From Octopus vulgaris (taxonomy: Eukaryota), in contig OX597816.1 in assembly GCA_951406725.2 (NCBI GenBank), positions 47,678,001 through 47,742,000 on the forward strand: a stretch of DNA of 64,000 nucleotides, written 5' to 3'. Within the stretch, counting starts at the first letter, position 1. The number at the start of each line of letters is the position of its first letter. Positions 26,540 to 39,107 of this stretch are shown here, in pieces. The position numbers were made by a program, and so were the translations under genes. The notes below the pieces were generated by a model that saw only the letters and a program-made list of their open reading frames with translations, ran no database searches and was not told the DNA's origin.

Positions 26540-26656
26540 GTTTACAGCACAGCACTATGGTTCCCAAGTAGTCTCCTATATACTAACTACGTTTGACACT
26601 GCTTAACTTAGTGATTGGACGAGGGCTGGTGTTTTCAAAAGGATATGGCTACAAGC
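26540..26656 (-). pseudogene. 5S rRNA pseudogene
   Basis: Minus strand gcttgtagccatatccttttgaaaacaccagccctcgtccaatcactaagttaagcagtgtcaaacgtagttagtatataggagactacttgggaaccatagtgctgt is collinear with metazoan 5S, with many substitutions and small indels. Confidence 0.8.
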
Positions 26657-27479
26657 CATAAGTAATCTATGTAGGATAAATTTAGTAAAGATAAATATCT
26701 GATGAAAAATGAATCTCAACAAATAATGGAAACAAGAATAAATGATGAATGATTATTGTGAACCTTCTTAACCCACTGATGATAATGAGTATTAAATAAA
26801 AATAACATATCGATAATAGCTTCATATTTTCTTCCTTCTGATATTAAGAAAAATTACTCTATTTGCTCCAGTCTGACAGCTTAGAAAAAAAAAAAAAAAG
26901 AACTATACATTAATGAAAACAGAGAAACTATAAAACTATCGTTAATCATGGATTTTACAAATTTTTTTCGTCACTAACTCTGTCGTTCTTAATGATGGTG
27001 ATAGTCAGAAAAAAACTAAAAATTGGAATTTTCCACAATTAGATAGTAAATACTGTTGTTAAAACAGAATTTCTTTTCTAATTGACATTAATAAGTCTAC
27101 TGTGAAATAAAAGTGCTGAACAATAGATGGTGTGTAGCGTGTCTTGCTTACAAAACACAATGAGTTGCTAATGATGAGATACAAACACAGGACTTACTGG
27201 ATCAGTCAATCATGCCTCAGTTATTTAGACTCTGCTTACACCTCACATACACATATACATACACATTTCAGAAGTAATTATCTGTTATAATTACTGCCAT
27301 TGCTTAATTAGTATGCTGGGCTTTATTTTGATAACTGCAAATAGGAAAAGAAATAAAGCAAAAGGTTTACACTTTTCTTCGTTCGATTATAAATCTTGAT
27401 ATAATAAGATTGTAATTTACAAATACCATGAACTGCCACCAGCCCCACTGCCAATATCATATTCATCTCTACATGACCT

Positions 27480-27498
27480 CATCACCTGCTATCACCCC

Positions 27499-27532
<34 letters not shown>

Positions 27533-27840
27533 TTCATTGTAATACTCATCATCAGAATCACCTCCACCACTCTCCATTGCTCTTACCTCTGCATGTCCAT
27601 TTTCAGGGTTATGAAGATGACCACTGCCACCGATGCCACCACTGCCGCCGCCGCCGCCGCCACCACCACCACCACCACCACCACCACCACTACAACCATT
27701 ATCATCATGATCGCAATCATCATAATTTCTGCCATTCCTCATTGCCCCACCCCCTGCACCCCCATTGTTATGATCATCATTGTCATCATCATGATCATCC
27801 TCCTCTTTGCCATCATCATCATCACCACCACCACCACCAT

Positions 27841-27903
<63 letters not shown>

Positions 27904-27910
27904 TATCACA
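27480..27910. repeat. Compound (ATC)n/(ACC)n/(GCC)n trinucleotide tract
   Basis: Direct reading of the sequence. Confidence 0.95.
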
Positions 27911-28319
27911 TCAACACAGGCTGTACCATTTAACAATGGACCGCCAACATTTCTACACTGAGGAAGGAATCTCTTGGTCCATTGAGAAAGCCTCAATATT
28001 GTCCCTTAGCCTGTTAGAAGTAGCAACCAAATTTCCTTCAAACCACACTTCACTTTATTAGCAAAAATTAAAAAGGAAAAATATGTTGGATGATATGTTC
28101 TTGTAACTCTAAATCAGAAGAATAATAAGATTGTGGCATCTAGGACACCTTTGATTACAGGTTTGCTTGATTGGGCTTGACCAGTGGCTATATAATAACA
28201 AAAAACAAAAAAAACAACCAGAACCAAAATATCAACAAAATCAACAATATCTATAATTTTCCACACACTGAAATTTGCAGAGATTCGTTAGAAACATAGC
28301 TTGATTGCTTCAATTTGCT

Positions 28320-28588
28320 TTAAACCTTTAGCATACAGATTACTCTGTCAATTGTAATATTTGTTTATTTATTCACATAGTTTTGAATTAATCATGGAGT
28401 ATCTCATAGCTTTGAGATTTCAATGATGTGATTGTTTGTTTTTAGAGTGACATTGCAGGAGAAAATGTGAGGTGTAGGAGTGGCTGTGTGGTAAGTAGCT
28501 TGCTTACCAACCACATGGTTCTGGGTTCAGTCCCACTGTGTGGCACTTTGGATTTAGTAGACGGAAACTGAAAGAAGCCCGTCGTATG

Positions 28589-28619
<31 letters not shown>

Positions 28620-28861
28620 GTGTGTATGTTTGTGTGTGTCTGTGTTTGTCTCCCCAACATCGCTTGACAACCAATGGTGGTGTGTTTATGTCCCCGTAAC
28701 TTAGCGGTTTGGCAAAAGAGACCGATTGAATAAGTACTAGGCTTCAAAAGAATAAGTCCTGGGGTCGATTTGCTCCACTAAAGAGTGTAAAGACCAGTTT
28801 AAACATAAAACAGGTAGAATGTTTGAACTGGATGTGGCCAGCTTAAGTACTAAAAGGTTGA
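28320..28861. mobile_element. piggyBac-like MITE containing a SINE family B copy (28470-28783, +)
   Basis: ttaa-acctttagca ... tactaaaagg-ttga ends; SINE with A box tggctgtgtgg and B box ggttcagtccc. Confidence 0.6.
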
Positions 28862-29899
28862 ACTACACAGCATATGAGCTACAAAAATTGCTTGAGCTAA
28901 GAAGAGCATACCGTCCTGTTGCCTCAGATCCACATGGATCCAGGAGCTCAGGACTAATCTATGCATGATGTGGCTTGCTGTCAATAAATAAATAATATTA
29001 TTCTCAGTGCACTGGGTTTACCTCAGGGTCTATTACAGTGTTAAGATAGGCTTATCTCTGTGTCCATCTATAAACAATATTAGCATAACATAATATGTCC
29101 GGAAAATGAGGGAACCTGTACATAATTATGCATTCTGGTAGATATAGCAGCCAAATTTCCCTGTAGTCACATCCTACCATTTTCAGAAAGGAAATCCAGC
29201 ACACATATATATAGAACATGCTTCTTTCAGTTTTTATCTACTAAATCCACTCACGAGACTTTAGAAAAAAAGATGGGCTGAATACAGCTGGAACATTTTT
29301 GGTTATAGGTCTAATGGATCAGTATTGGCTTTGGGCTAAGTAACTATGAGCCACTAAGCTGCTATAGAGCCATCCTAACACAACCACCTCTTTGATATGA
29401 TTCACATAGACTAAAAACAAACACTCATGCTAAAATACCGAACATATATTTATTGATTGTGATGATGCATGTTTAGTTGCTTGATCCCATCACCACTATC
29501 ACTTACTTTTGAGTAACCAACTAACAAAACAACAATAGTATCAGTTTGATAGCAATATCTGTAGCTACATATGTTGTATGTCAACAGAATGATATGTGTA
29601 TGTGGGAATAAAGTGTAGAAGTTTTATGGTTCAAGTCAGAGATGGAAGGATAGAAGTGCTTATGAGCTATTTGTAATTACACAGCATTTCCTATCACCTT
29701 ATACCTTCACCCTTTTATCTTCTCGTTTCCATTTTTACATCCATTGGAATAAGGCAACCTTGGTGGGGCTCTCATAAAAGAATTCTTTCATGATGCTGTT
29801 TTAAAAATTATATATTTGTTGTGAATAACTGCTGACTGTTGCAATTGTTGGACTGAACCATACTTCAAGATTTTTGGAAAGAAGCTATCAAGTGAAACT

Positions 29900-30610
29900 T
29901 AATTCAGTAATGCAAAGTGGAACCATAAAGGGACAACACTTGATATTAAATCTGATATTTTAAAAAAGCTTGATTTAGGAGAGAAAAATCAGCCACTTGA
30001 CTTACAATGTCTACAGTGAGAGCAACATGTGGCAATAAAGAGAAAAATTAACTCAAGTGTTTAAGAAGCTATTCCATTAACTGCTTTATCTTTCATATAC
30101 ATCTTCCAAGGGGATGCTTAAAGTAGAATGGATCTTGAATGTATGGACCAAGGATAAGACTTGACATAATGTGCTAATATGCACAATGGTAATTAAAAAT
30201 GAAAAATTTTAAATGCTTGTATAATGATCTTCAGAAAAGGTAGGGTTAAACTTCAAATGAAAATCCTCTTTTGATTAGTAAAGGCTGGTTAAAAAGGCTT
30301 CAAAAGTGCTTCACTTTTACATAACATAAAAATAATCAGTGAAGCAGCCAATGTTGATACAAAGGCTACTACTAATTATCCTGAGCAGCTCAGAAAAAAA
30401 AAAAAATTATTGCTGGAGGAAGCTACACATCACAGCAGGCATACAATGATGATAAAACTGCATTTTATTTCCGAGATTTAAAGCTTCCAAAAATTGTCAG
30501 ATGTTTCTTCTGGAAGGAAATGCCAGTGGTAAAATGAAATTAAAATCTGTACTTGTGTATCACTCCAAAAATCCAAAGAGTTTCAAGGGTTATGCAAAGT
30601 TTAATTGGTT
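29900..30610 (+). mobile_element. Tigger/pogo transposase remnant
   Basis: TLDIKSDILKKLDLGEK; SKGWLKR; LHNIKIISEAANVD..YPEQL; YTSQQAYNDDKTAFYF; VLVYHSKNPKSFKG; many stops. Confidence 0.75.
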
Positions 30611-31864
30611 TATTCAGAGAACAAATTATTCTTCTATACTATTCACAAAAGAATAGATAAGTTAGTATTGATATATCTACTGAACGAAAGATTAAAATGT
30701 AAATTAGAAATAGTTACATGTTGAAAGGAATAGATAGATATACTGATAGTCAAGCTATTCAATACATAAGTAGTGAGAGAGATGGATAGATAATCAGATT
30801 GGTAGGTTAGTGTTAACTTATCTGATATAGGGAACATTAAAATGCTAGCTAGAAATCATTATATAGTAAGACAGATACACAGACATATATTTACATAGAG
30901 CAGTTAGTGTTTATATTGTCCTCATCACCATCAAAATTTAATGTTAGTTTTTCCATGCTAGCATGGGTTGGACAGCTTCACAGGAACTGGCAGGGCCACA
31001 GGTTGAACCAGGTACCATAGTCTGTCTGGTTTGGTTTCTAAGGCTGGATGTCCTTCCTAATGCCAACCAACCACTTAAGAGAGTGTACTGAGTGATTTTT
31101 ACATGGCACCAGCACCCACACCAATGATTTTTACGTGACACCTTGGGTTTAAGATCTCAGTTCTATTGTGGTGGGTAGGTCTTCTTGAGAACAGCAATGC
31201 ACCACATACCCTGGTCTGCTGTCATCTCGTTTCTAAGGCACAGCATTTATATATTTAATGTTAAAAGTATCAGAAAGGATGCTAGAAATAATTATATTCT
31301 GAATAAAAAAAACCCAAAAATATAATTGTATAATATTACATTATTTACATTTGATTTTGATTTTGATTTTTCCAGTTTCAGCTAATGAGCTGTGGCCATG
31401 CTGGGGTACCGCCATTTTGCTGGGGCACCGCCATTTATGGAGATTTGTCCTCATCTTGTTTGTTGTTAACACAACATTTCGGCTGATATACCCTCCAGGC
31501 TTCATCAAGTGTCTTGGGGAAATTTCTAACCTGGATTCTCATTCCTAAGGTATTTTTTTGATGTTGGCATGTAAAAAGCACCATCCGATTGTGGCCATTG
31601 CCAGCCTCACCTGGCCCCCATGCCGGTGGCACGTAAAAAGCACCATCCGATCGTGGCTGTTTGCCAGCCTTGTCTGGCACCTGTGCTGATGGCACGTAAA
31701 AGCACCCACTACACTCACGGAGTGGTTGGCGTTAGGAAGGGCATTCAGCCATAGAAACATTGCCAGATCAAACTGGGCCTGGTGCAGACTTCTGGCTTCC
31801 CAGACCCCAGTTGAACCGTCCAACCCATACTAGCATGGAAAGAGGACGCTAAACGATGATGATG

Positions 31865-31890
<26 letters not shown>

Positions 31891-31895
<5 letters not shown>

Positions 31896-31966
31896 TCACT
31901 GCCTGGAATCGAATTTGGAATCTTGGGGTTAGTAGCCTGCACTCTTAACCACTATGCCATATGCCC
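31891..31966 (-). other. tRNA-like Pol III head (SINE head, not a functional tRNA)
   Basis: gggcataTGGCATAGTGGttaagagtgcaggctactaaccccaagattccaaATTCGATTCCaggcagtgacc: canonical A box and near-canonical B box. Confidence 0.75.
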
Positions 31967-31987
31967 GTGGGCATAATAATAATAATG

Positions 31988-32030
<43 letters not shown>

Positions 32031-32101
32031 TAATAATAATAATAATAATAACATCGGAAAAATACCTTAGGAATGAGAACCCAAGTTAGAAATTTCCCCA
32101 A

Positions 32102-32147
32102 GACACCTGATGAAAGCTGGGGGGTATATCAGCTGAAACATTGTGTT
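32102..32147 (+). ncRNA. Minimal type I hammerhead ribozyme motif (mirror copy on minus at 31468-31513)
   Basis: gacac-CTGATGA-a-agctg-gggggtatat-cagct-GAAAC-att-gtgtt: 5-bp stem I and 5-bp stem II. Confidence 0.7.
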
Positions 32148-32685
32148 AAAAACAAACAAGATGAAGACAAATTTCCATCAAAAGCAAATAATGAAAATAA
32201 TGTACACAATTCTTCATCTCTTAAATATAGAACTATATAATATTATTTTGATTCTTTCAGCAAACACAAAAGACATATCTTAATATGTCTCAGACTTTAG
32301 AAGACTTCCTCAGAAAAGTATATACTTCACCATGTCATAAAATGCTTCTTCATATTTGAACTGTAACTTTTATGTGATAGTTCAACTTGAGCTCAACTTT
32401 CCTTGGCTATACAATTATGGATAGATATACAAATGAGTAGGTTTGTATTAACTTATTTAATATAGGGGACATCAAAATAGTAGCTAGAAATAATTGCATG
32501 GTGAGACAAACACAGAGATAGATTTTCATATTGGTCAGTTAGTATTAATATACTTAATGTGAAGAATGTCAGAAAGGTTACTAGAAAAAATTATGTACTG
32601 AAGAAAACAATATCCCAAACATTCATAACTGTACAATATTTTGCTTATTTTAGCAAGCACAAGAGATAACTCTTAACATGCCGCC

Positions 32686-32922
32686 TTAATAATAATAGTA
32701 ATAGTAATAATAATAATAATAATAATAACAATAATAATAGTAATAATAATAATAATAACAACAACAATAATAATAGTAATAATAATAGTAATAGTAGTAA
32801 TAATAATAATAATAACAACAATAATAATAATAGTAATAGTAATAATAATAATAATAACAACAACAACAATAATAGTAATAATAATAGTAATAATAATAGT
32901 AATAATAATAATAATAATAGTA

Positions 32923-32983
<61 letters not shown>

Positions 32984-32991
32984 TAATAATA
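32686..32991. repeat. Long imperfect (TAA)n microsatellite
   Basis: Direct reading; source of the poly-L and poly-Y ORFs. Confidence 0.95.
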
Positions 32992-33430
32992 AATCATATG
33001 GATAAAAATGAACAAAAAGAACAAAAATCATATGAACAAAAATGTAGAAGCTACACCTGGATCCTCAACATTACACACTGCCCCAAACAATAGCCCTGCT
33101 AGGAGCAGCCCACATCTTATGCAAGACACTATCAATCCAATGATACAACCTAGACAAAACAACTCAGAAACACGAGACACACTCTATACAACATTTACCC
33201 AGTGAAATAAACACCCACCAGCAATCCAGAAAACCAAAGCATTACACACTCAACACAAAATACAAGCAGTAACACAACAAAAGACAGCACCACACCTCAA
33301 GGAGAAAATAGCTAACACAATACAGTACTGGGAAGAGTTTTCACACTCCTAATGGCAGAAAAAAACACACAATGCCACACACATACCAGCAAAATGAAGG
33401 TGTAGCAGGTGATGCAGTAGAAATTTACCT
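32992..33430 (+). mobile_element. R4/Dong-like LINE 3' end between (TAA)n tracts
   Basis: IALLGAAHILCKTLSIQ*; 3' UTR similar to the minus-strand copy at 58600-58760. Confidence 0.65.
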
Positions 33431-33466
33431 CAATCTACCAAATATTGAACAGTTATATCATAATAT

Positions 33467-33552
<86 letters not shown>

Positions 33553-33553
<1 letters not shown>

Positions 33554-33770
33554 TCCTTTCTACTGGAGGCACAAGGCCTCAAATTTGTGGGGAGGGGACT
33601 AGTTGATTGCATTGACCCCTAGCGTTTCACTGGTACTTAATCTATTGACCTCAAAAGGATGAACGGCAAAGTCCATCTTGGTGGAAATTGAACTCAGAAC
33701 GTAGTGATGGGCAAAACGCCACTTAGCATTTCATCCACTGTGCTAACAATTCTGCCAGCTCACCGCCTTA

Positions 33771-33834
<64 letters not shown>

Positions 33835-34049
33835 TAGTTTCAAATTTTGCCACATGGGCAGCCACTTTGGGGAAGGGGATGAATTGATTACATCAACCCC
33901 AGTGTTTCACTGGTACTTAATTTATTGACCCCAAAAGGATGAAAGGCAAAGTTGACCTCAGCAGAATTTGAACTCAGAATGAAGCGACAGACAAGATTCC
34001 ACTCAGCTTTTTGCTTAGTGTGCTAATGATTCTGCCAGCTTGCCACCTT
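33553..34049 (-). mobile_element. Two SINE family A copies (33553-33769, 33835-34049) separated by (TAA)n
   Basis: ctggtacttaa..ttgacc.caaaaggatgaa.ggcaaagt...tgaactcagaa...tctgccagct..cc.cctt. Confidence 0.8.
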
Positions 34050-34054
34050 TGTAA

Positions 34055-34600
34055 TAATGCCCTGATGCAGTACCAGGCACTGGCTCTCATGGTTTCTGAA
34101 TTTAACTGATTGGAAGTGTTATCATGTATATGTTTTGTCTTGGTATAAAAGATGGGCTACTGCAAATATTCTGCTCAGTACCACAGATTTGCTTGTCAGT
34201 TGTTTGACTTTAACCAGTTGAGCATGTTCCTTAGTGGCTGAAAACATGTGCATCTCTGATCATAAGCAGGAGTAGTGGGGGAGCATCATAGCCATGTGTT
34301 GATAGGAATACTTTGGAGTTTGAATAATTCACCATGGGAAACATGGGTGTTTCATTCATTATCCTCAAACAACCCTTATTCAGAGACATTTTGAGTAGGA
34401 TGGACCCCCACTTGCAAGATCATGCACTGTTTATCTTGATATGAGATCACCATGTTATGCACACGTAGTTATGTTGCAAGTACCTGGTGTACTCTTATCA
34501 GAAGGGTAGTTGTAATGGGTATAATGGGCTTCGTATATTTGTTTCCCAGTGTTACTTTGATGGCATGCACTGCCCTCTCTCTCGATAACAATAATAATAA
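34055..34600 (-). repeat. ~550-bp non-coding interspersed repeat in (TAA)n context; second copy 59775-60320 in the opposite orientation
   Basis: End-to-end reverse-complement similarity (gccctgatgcag.accaggca ... ctttgatggcatgcactgc.ctctc). Confidence 0.85.
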
Positions 34601-34763
34601 AATTTTTCACTCTGTCCAGTAGGCTTCCATTTGTCCAGCAACTGACTTATAATCCTTTTTATTATCAGCACCAGGTCTGAAATTCCAGGTGAGGGGACTA
34701 GTTGATTACATTAGCTCCAGTGCTCAACTGGTACTAGTTCCATTGACCCCCAAAAGGATTCTA

Positions 34764-34988
34764 TTTTACTCTTTTCTCTTTTACTTGTTTCAGTCATTTG
34801 ACTGTGGCCATGCTGGAGCACCGCCTTTAGTTGAGCAAATCGACCCCAAGACTTATTCTTAGTAAGCCTAGTAACTTATTCTATTGGTATCTTTTGCTGA
34901 ACTGCTAAGTTACGGGTATGTAAACACACCAGCATTTGTCAAGCGATGTTGGGGGGACAAACACAGACACACAAACATATACACACAC

Positions 34989-35033
<45 letters not shown>

Positions 35034-35205
35034 TATATACATATATACAACGGGCTTCTTTCAGTTTCCGCCTACCAAATCCACTCACAAGGCTTTGGTC
35101 GGCCTGAGGCTATAGTAGAAGACACTTGCCCAAGGTGCCACGTAGTAGGACTGAACCCGGAACCATGTGGTTGTTAAGCAAGCTACTTACCACATAGCCA
35201 CTCCT
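34764..35205 (-). mobile_element. SINE family B, full length
   Basis: Collinear with 12850-13258. Confidence 0.88.
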
Positions 35206-35591
35206 ACTATGCTTGACATGACAAAGTTAGCATTGGTGTAACTTGAACTCAGAATGGAAAGACAGATGGGATGCTACTAAGCATTTCATCCATTGTGCTA
35301 ATGATTTTCCCAGCTTGCCATCATGACTGAGCTATATAATAATGATTTTAAATTTTAGCACAAGGCCAGCAATTTAGGGAAGGTGTTAAGTTGATTACAT
35401 TGATCTCAATATTCAACTGGGACTTAGTTTATTGACACAAAGGAGGCAAGGCAAAATCTACCATAGCATACATTGAAATCAGTGCATAAAGCCAGATGAA
35501 ATACCATTTAGCATTTTGCATGGCATGCTAATAATTCTGCAAACTTATTACCTTAAACTGACCTGTATATCATAGTAATACAATAGATAAT

Positions 35592-35891
35592 GTTGTTGTT
35601 TGTTCCTTTTCAAGCCATGTCTGGCTCATAAGGGCTGGTTTCCCGGTTTCAATGGTGTATAAGTTGCCCACCTGGACTGGATGCCGGTCCATCACAAGTG
35701 AGCTGCTAGATGCAGGAGGAAAGAGTGAAAGAAAGCTGTGGTGAAAGAGTCAGCAGAAGCTCGCCATTACTTTCTGCCATACGGAGCTTGGTGTTTTGCT
35801 CATAAACACACACATTGCCTGGTATGAGATTCAAACCCACGATCTTCGACTTCAAGTCTGCTGCTCTAACCACTAGTCCATGTGCCTTCAC
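35592..35891 (-). mobile_element. tRNA-derived SINE family C
   Basis: Minus head tgaaggcacatggactagtggttagagcagc..gggtttgaatctc; tail shared with 51680-51912 and 52815-53057. Confidence 0.7.
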
Positions 35892-35892
35892 A

Positions 35893-36497
35893 CATCATCA
35901 CCATCATCATTATCCTCGTTTAATGTTCGTTTTCCATGCTAGCGTGGGTTGGACGATTTGACTGAGGTCTGGCAAACCACATGGCTGCACCAGACTCCAA
36001 TCTGATCTAGCATAGTTTCTACAGATAAATGCCCTTCCTAATGCCAACCACTCTGAGAGTGTAGTGGGTGCTTTTACGTGCCACCGGCATGTGGGCCAGT
36101 CAGGCGGTACTGGCAACGCCCATGCTCAAATGGTGCTTACTATGTGCCACCTGCACAGGAGCCAGTCCAGCAGCACTGGCAACGACCTCACTTGAATGTT
36201 TCTTTACGTGCCACCAGCACAAGTGCTAGTAAGGTGACACAGGTAACGATCACGCTCAAATGGTGTTTTTAATGTGCCATCGGCATGGAGGCCAGTTTGT
36301 TGCTCTGGCAACGATCATGCTCGTATGGTACTCTTAGCGTCCCACTAGCACGGTTGCCAGTCATCGAATTTGATTTCGATTTCAATTTCACTTGCCTCAA
36401 CAGGTCTTTGCAAGCAGAGTTTAGTTTCCAATGAAGGAAAGGCACGCATAAGTGGCCTGGTTACACCCCTGGCATAGGCCACAAGGTTATGGTTTCA
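35893..36497 (-). mobile_element. RTE LINE complete 3' UTR with five ~65-nt tandem units (36067-36352)
   Basis: Collinear with 49080-49680; (cat)n tail. Confidence 0.85.
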
Positions 36498-37336
36498 GCC
36501 ATTTGACTTTGGCCTTGCTGGAGCATTGATTTCAAGCATTTAGTTTAACATATTGATACCTCACCTAGTGCTTATTCTAGTCGAGCACTTCTTTAATCAG
36601 TATCTATTTGTTGAACTGGAAAGTTATGATATATAAAAAGATCGAGTATAATTGCAATATGAACACAACATTTACACACACATATGTACACACACACATG
36701 CACACACACACACACACATGCATGTCACAAGTGAAAACACATGTGGGTTTTCCTCTACCAAATTTGATGCACGACCCCAGGGTATAAAAAAACAGAAATA
36801 CCTGCCCAAATTATCATATGCTGGGATTGAACTTGGGACTATGTTTCAGCAAAGCAATGATCTTGATAACGTGATTGTGGGATATTACTTTATTTATACC
36901 TCTTTTGCAAGGAATTTGAGTTTTATTTCCCTTGACAATGTAAAGAAATAACACGAAAAGATTCAGACAAAAACTACGCAAAGGCCAGAAATAGAGGCCA
37001 ATGTGTAATATATGTATGAGTGGAGGAGAAGAAATATAATTTTCTCTTGCACACACACACACACACTATATATATCTCTCTCACTCCATATACATACTTA
37101 CCTACTTACATACATGCTTACATATATACACACACATGCATACATCCATCCATCCATCCATCCATACATACATACATACATACATACAGTGCATACATAC
37201 ATGTGTGTGTGAGTGCGCCAATATGGAAAAAGCAGATGTGAAAAAGCTGGTGATGATGATCATCATCAATACATGTGTGTGTGTGTGCGTGTTTGTGTAA
37301 ATATATATTAACACATGTTTGTGTGTGTGTGTGTAT

Positions 37337-37409
<73 letters not shown>

Positions 37410-39107
37410 AATAATCAACATGAACATCACCATGATGATGATGATGATGATGACGATTATGATCATGATCATGAAAACTCATTGGTGTATGTGTGTGTGT
37501 GTGTGTGTGTGTATTGATAATCAACACGAACATCACGATAATATGATGATGATGATGATAATGATGATGATGATGATGATCGCGATCATAATCATTCTTT
37601 TTACATCCGCTGTTTCCATACTGGAACACATATATACCTAAACATACGTACACAAACACGCGCACACACACACACACACACACACACTCAGCTCTCATCC
37701 ACACACACATGTATATGCACGCATCTGAGATGATAGTAATTTTGATTGTATTTGTATTATAATGTTTGCTTTACTGCATTGAAAAAAATGCAAAAATATG
37801 CATCTGTAATGTGTGCGTATATTTGCTTGTGTGTGTGTTGTGTGTATGTGTGTATATTTGCACATGTGTGTGGGATATGTTTGTGTGTGTGTGTGTGTGT
37901 GTGTGTGCATATATGTTTGCATGTGAAAGAAATGAAATACAATACTAGGAACTATATGATGAGTGATTTGAACAGGGATCTTAAAGCAATCCCCTGATAT
38001 TATGATGGCAAAAAATATTGCTCTCCTACTATCCAAAATATTTCTCAAAAATGTTAGAGACATAATTGATTTGACTTGCCTGGTCATTTACAACTACTAA
38101 TGTTGCTGATGGGAATACTGCTGAAATCTATACTGAAAACAGTGACTGATAAAATAAACAGAAACAAGATGAATTTATTATAACAAATTGATAAGATGGT
38201 GGAGTATAAATCTGTAGCCGTGTGCAAATGTTAAGAATTCTTTACTTTGAATAGGAAAACCAAAGGAGTAACAAGAGGTGGGCAGAAATAAGCAAAATCA
38301 CGGTAAAGAATATTGTAGTGAATACCTTGTGGTATTTAGAAACACTTCTTTCGAAATTCTGTGTCAAATTTCGAATATAGATGTGTCATTGTGGTTGATA
38401 TAACTTTTCATCCCTCTTGGGTGGAGCAGGCACTTATTATTGTAAACACATTGGGAGATCAACTCAATTGGTTATGTTCTGTCCTTACAAATCCGTGTCT
38501 TGTGCCATTGAGAGATGTCAGTCATTGTTATAAGAATCTAGAGTGGTCCCAAATAAATAAAAATAATATATAAATAAAATCAAACAACAGGAAATATGAC
38601 AATGGTAATTGCAAGAATTTTGTAATAACAAAAAGTGTTTCTTTGCCCCATGTGCTACAACAAGAGAGTGCAAAAAGAGAAATAATATTATGTTTTTATT
38701 AAAAATGGAATTGGACATAATTATACTTTGTGATAAGAATCACAACTGACACTTCAGAATGTTTTGGGAGAAATCTTCTCAACTGTAAAAGGTGTAAAAC
38801 TATAGTACCATATGCTCCACTTTCTAAACTGACAGCTCAGGCAAAACACAGGTTGAAACTGTTGGACATACCTTTGCCTATAGATCTATGTTCCTGTACA
38901 CAGCAAAAAAACACTAGAGTGATGATAAAAAAACAATGGAAATGGTATAAATCTACTGGTAGTTGTTACTTTTGTATTGTCATAAAGAAGAGTGACTAAA
39001 GCATGACTAACAAGAAGCAGCATATGGGGATGAGGTATCAAAATGGATTCACAAGGCCTAATGACCTGCTAGAAGGTGTGCAAAACCATATGAAATCTGT
39101 GCCTAAT

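Larger units (their letters stand above)
31337..32235. mobile_element. Head-to-head palindromic dimer of a tRNA-head/(TAA)n/hammerhead element; left arm interrupted by an RTE tail (31566-31865) and a SINE tail (31355-31436)
   Basis: 31437-31565 is the near reverse complement of 32050-32178; centre tatgccc-gt-gggcata (31960-31975); tRNA-like head on minus 31966-31891. Confidence 0.75.

Noticed and set aside
31891-31966. Functional tRNA gene
   Set aside because: Acceptor and T stems pair poorly and it runs into (TAA)n; treated as a SINE head, as are the heads of families A-C
36067-36352. CRISPR-like repeat-spacer pattern (also 31566-31706 and 49245-49510)
   Set aside because: The spacers are homologous to one another, the arrays lie in RTE 3' UTRs, the context is eukaryotic and there are no cas genes
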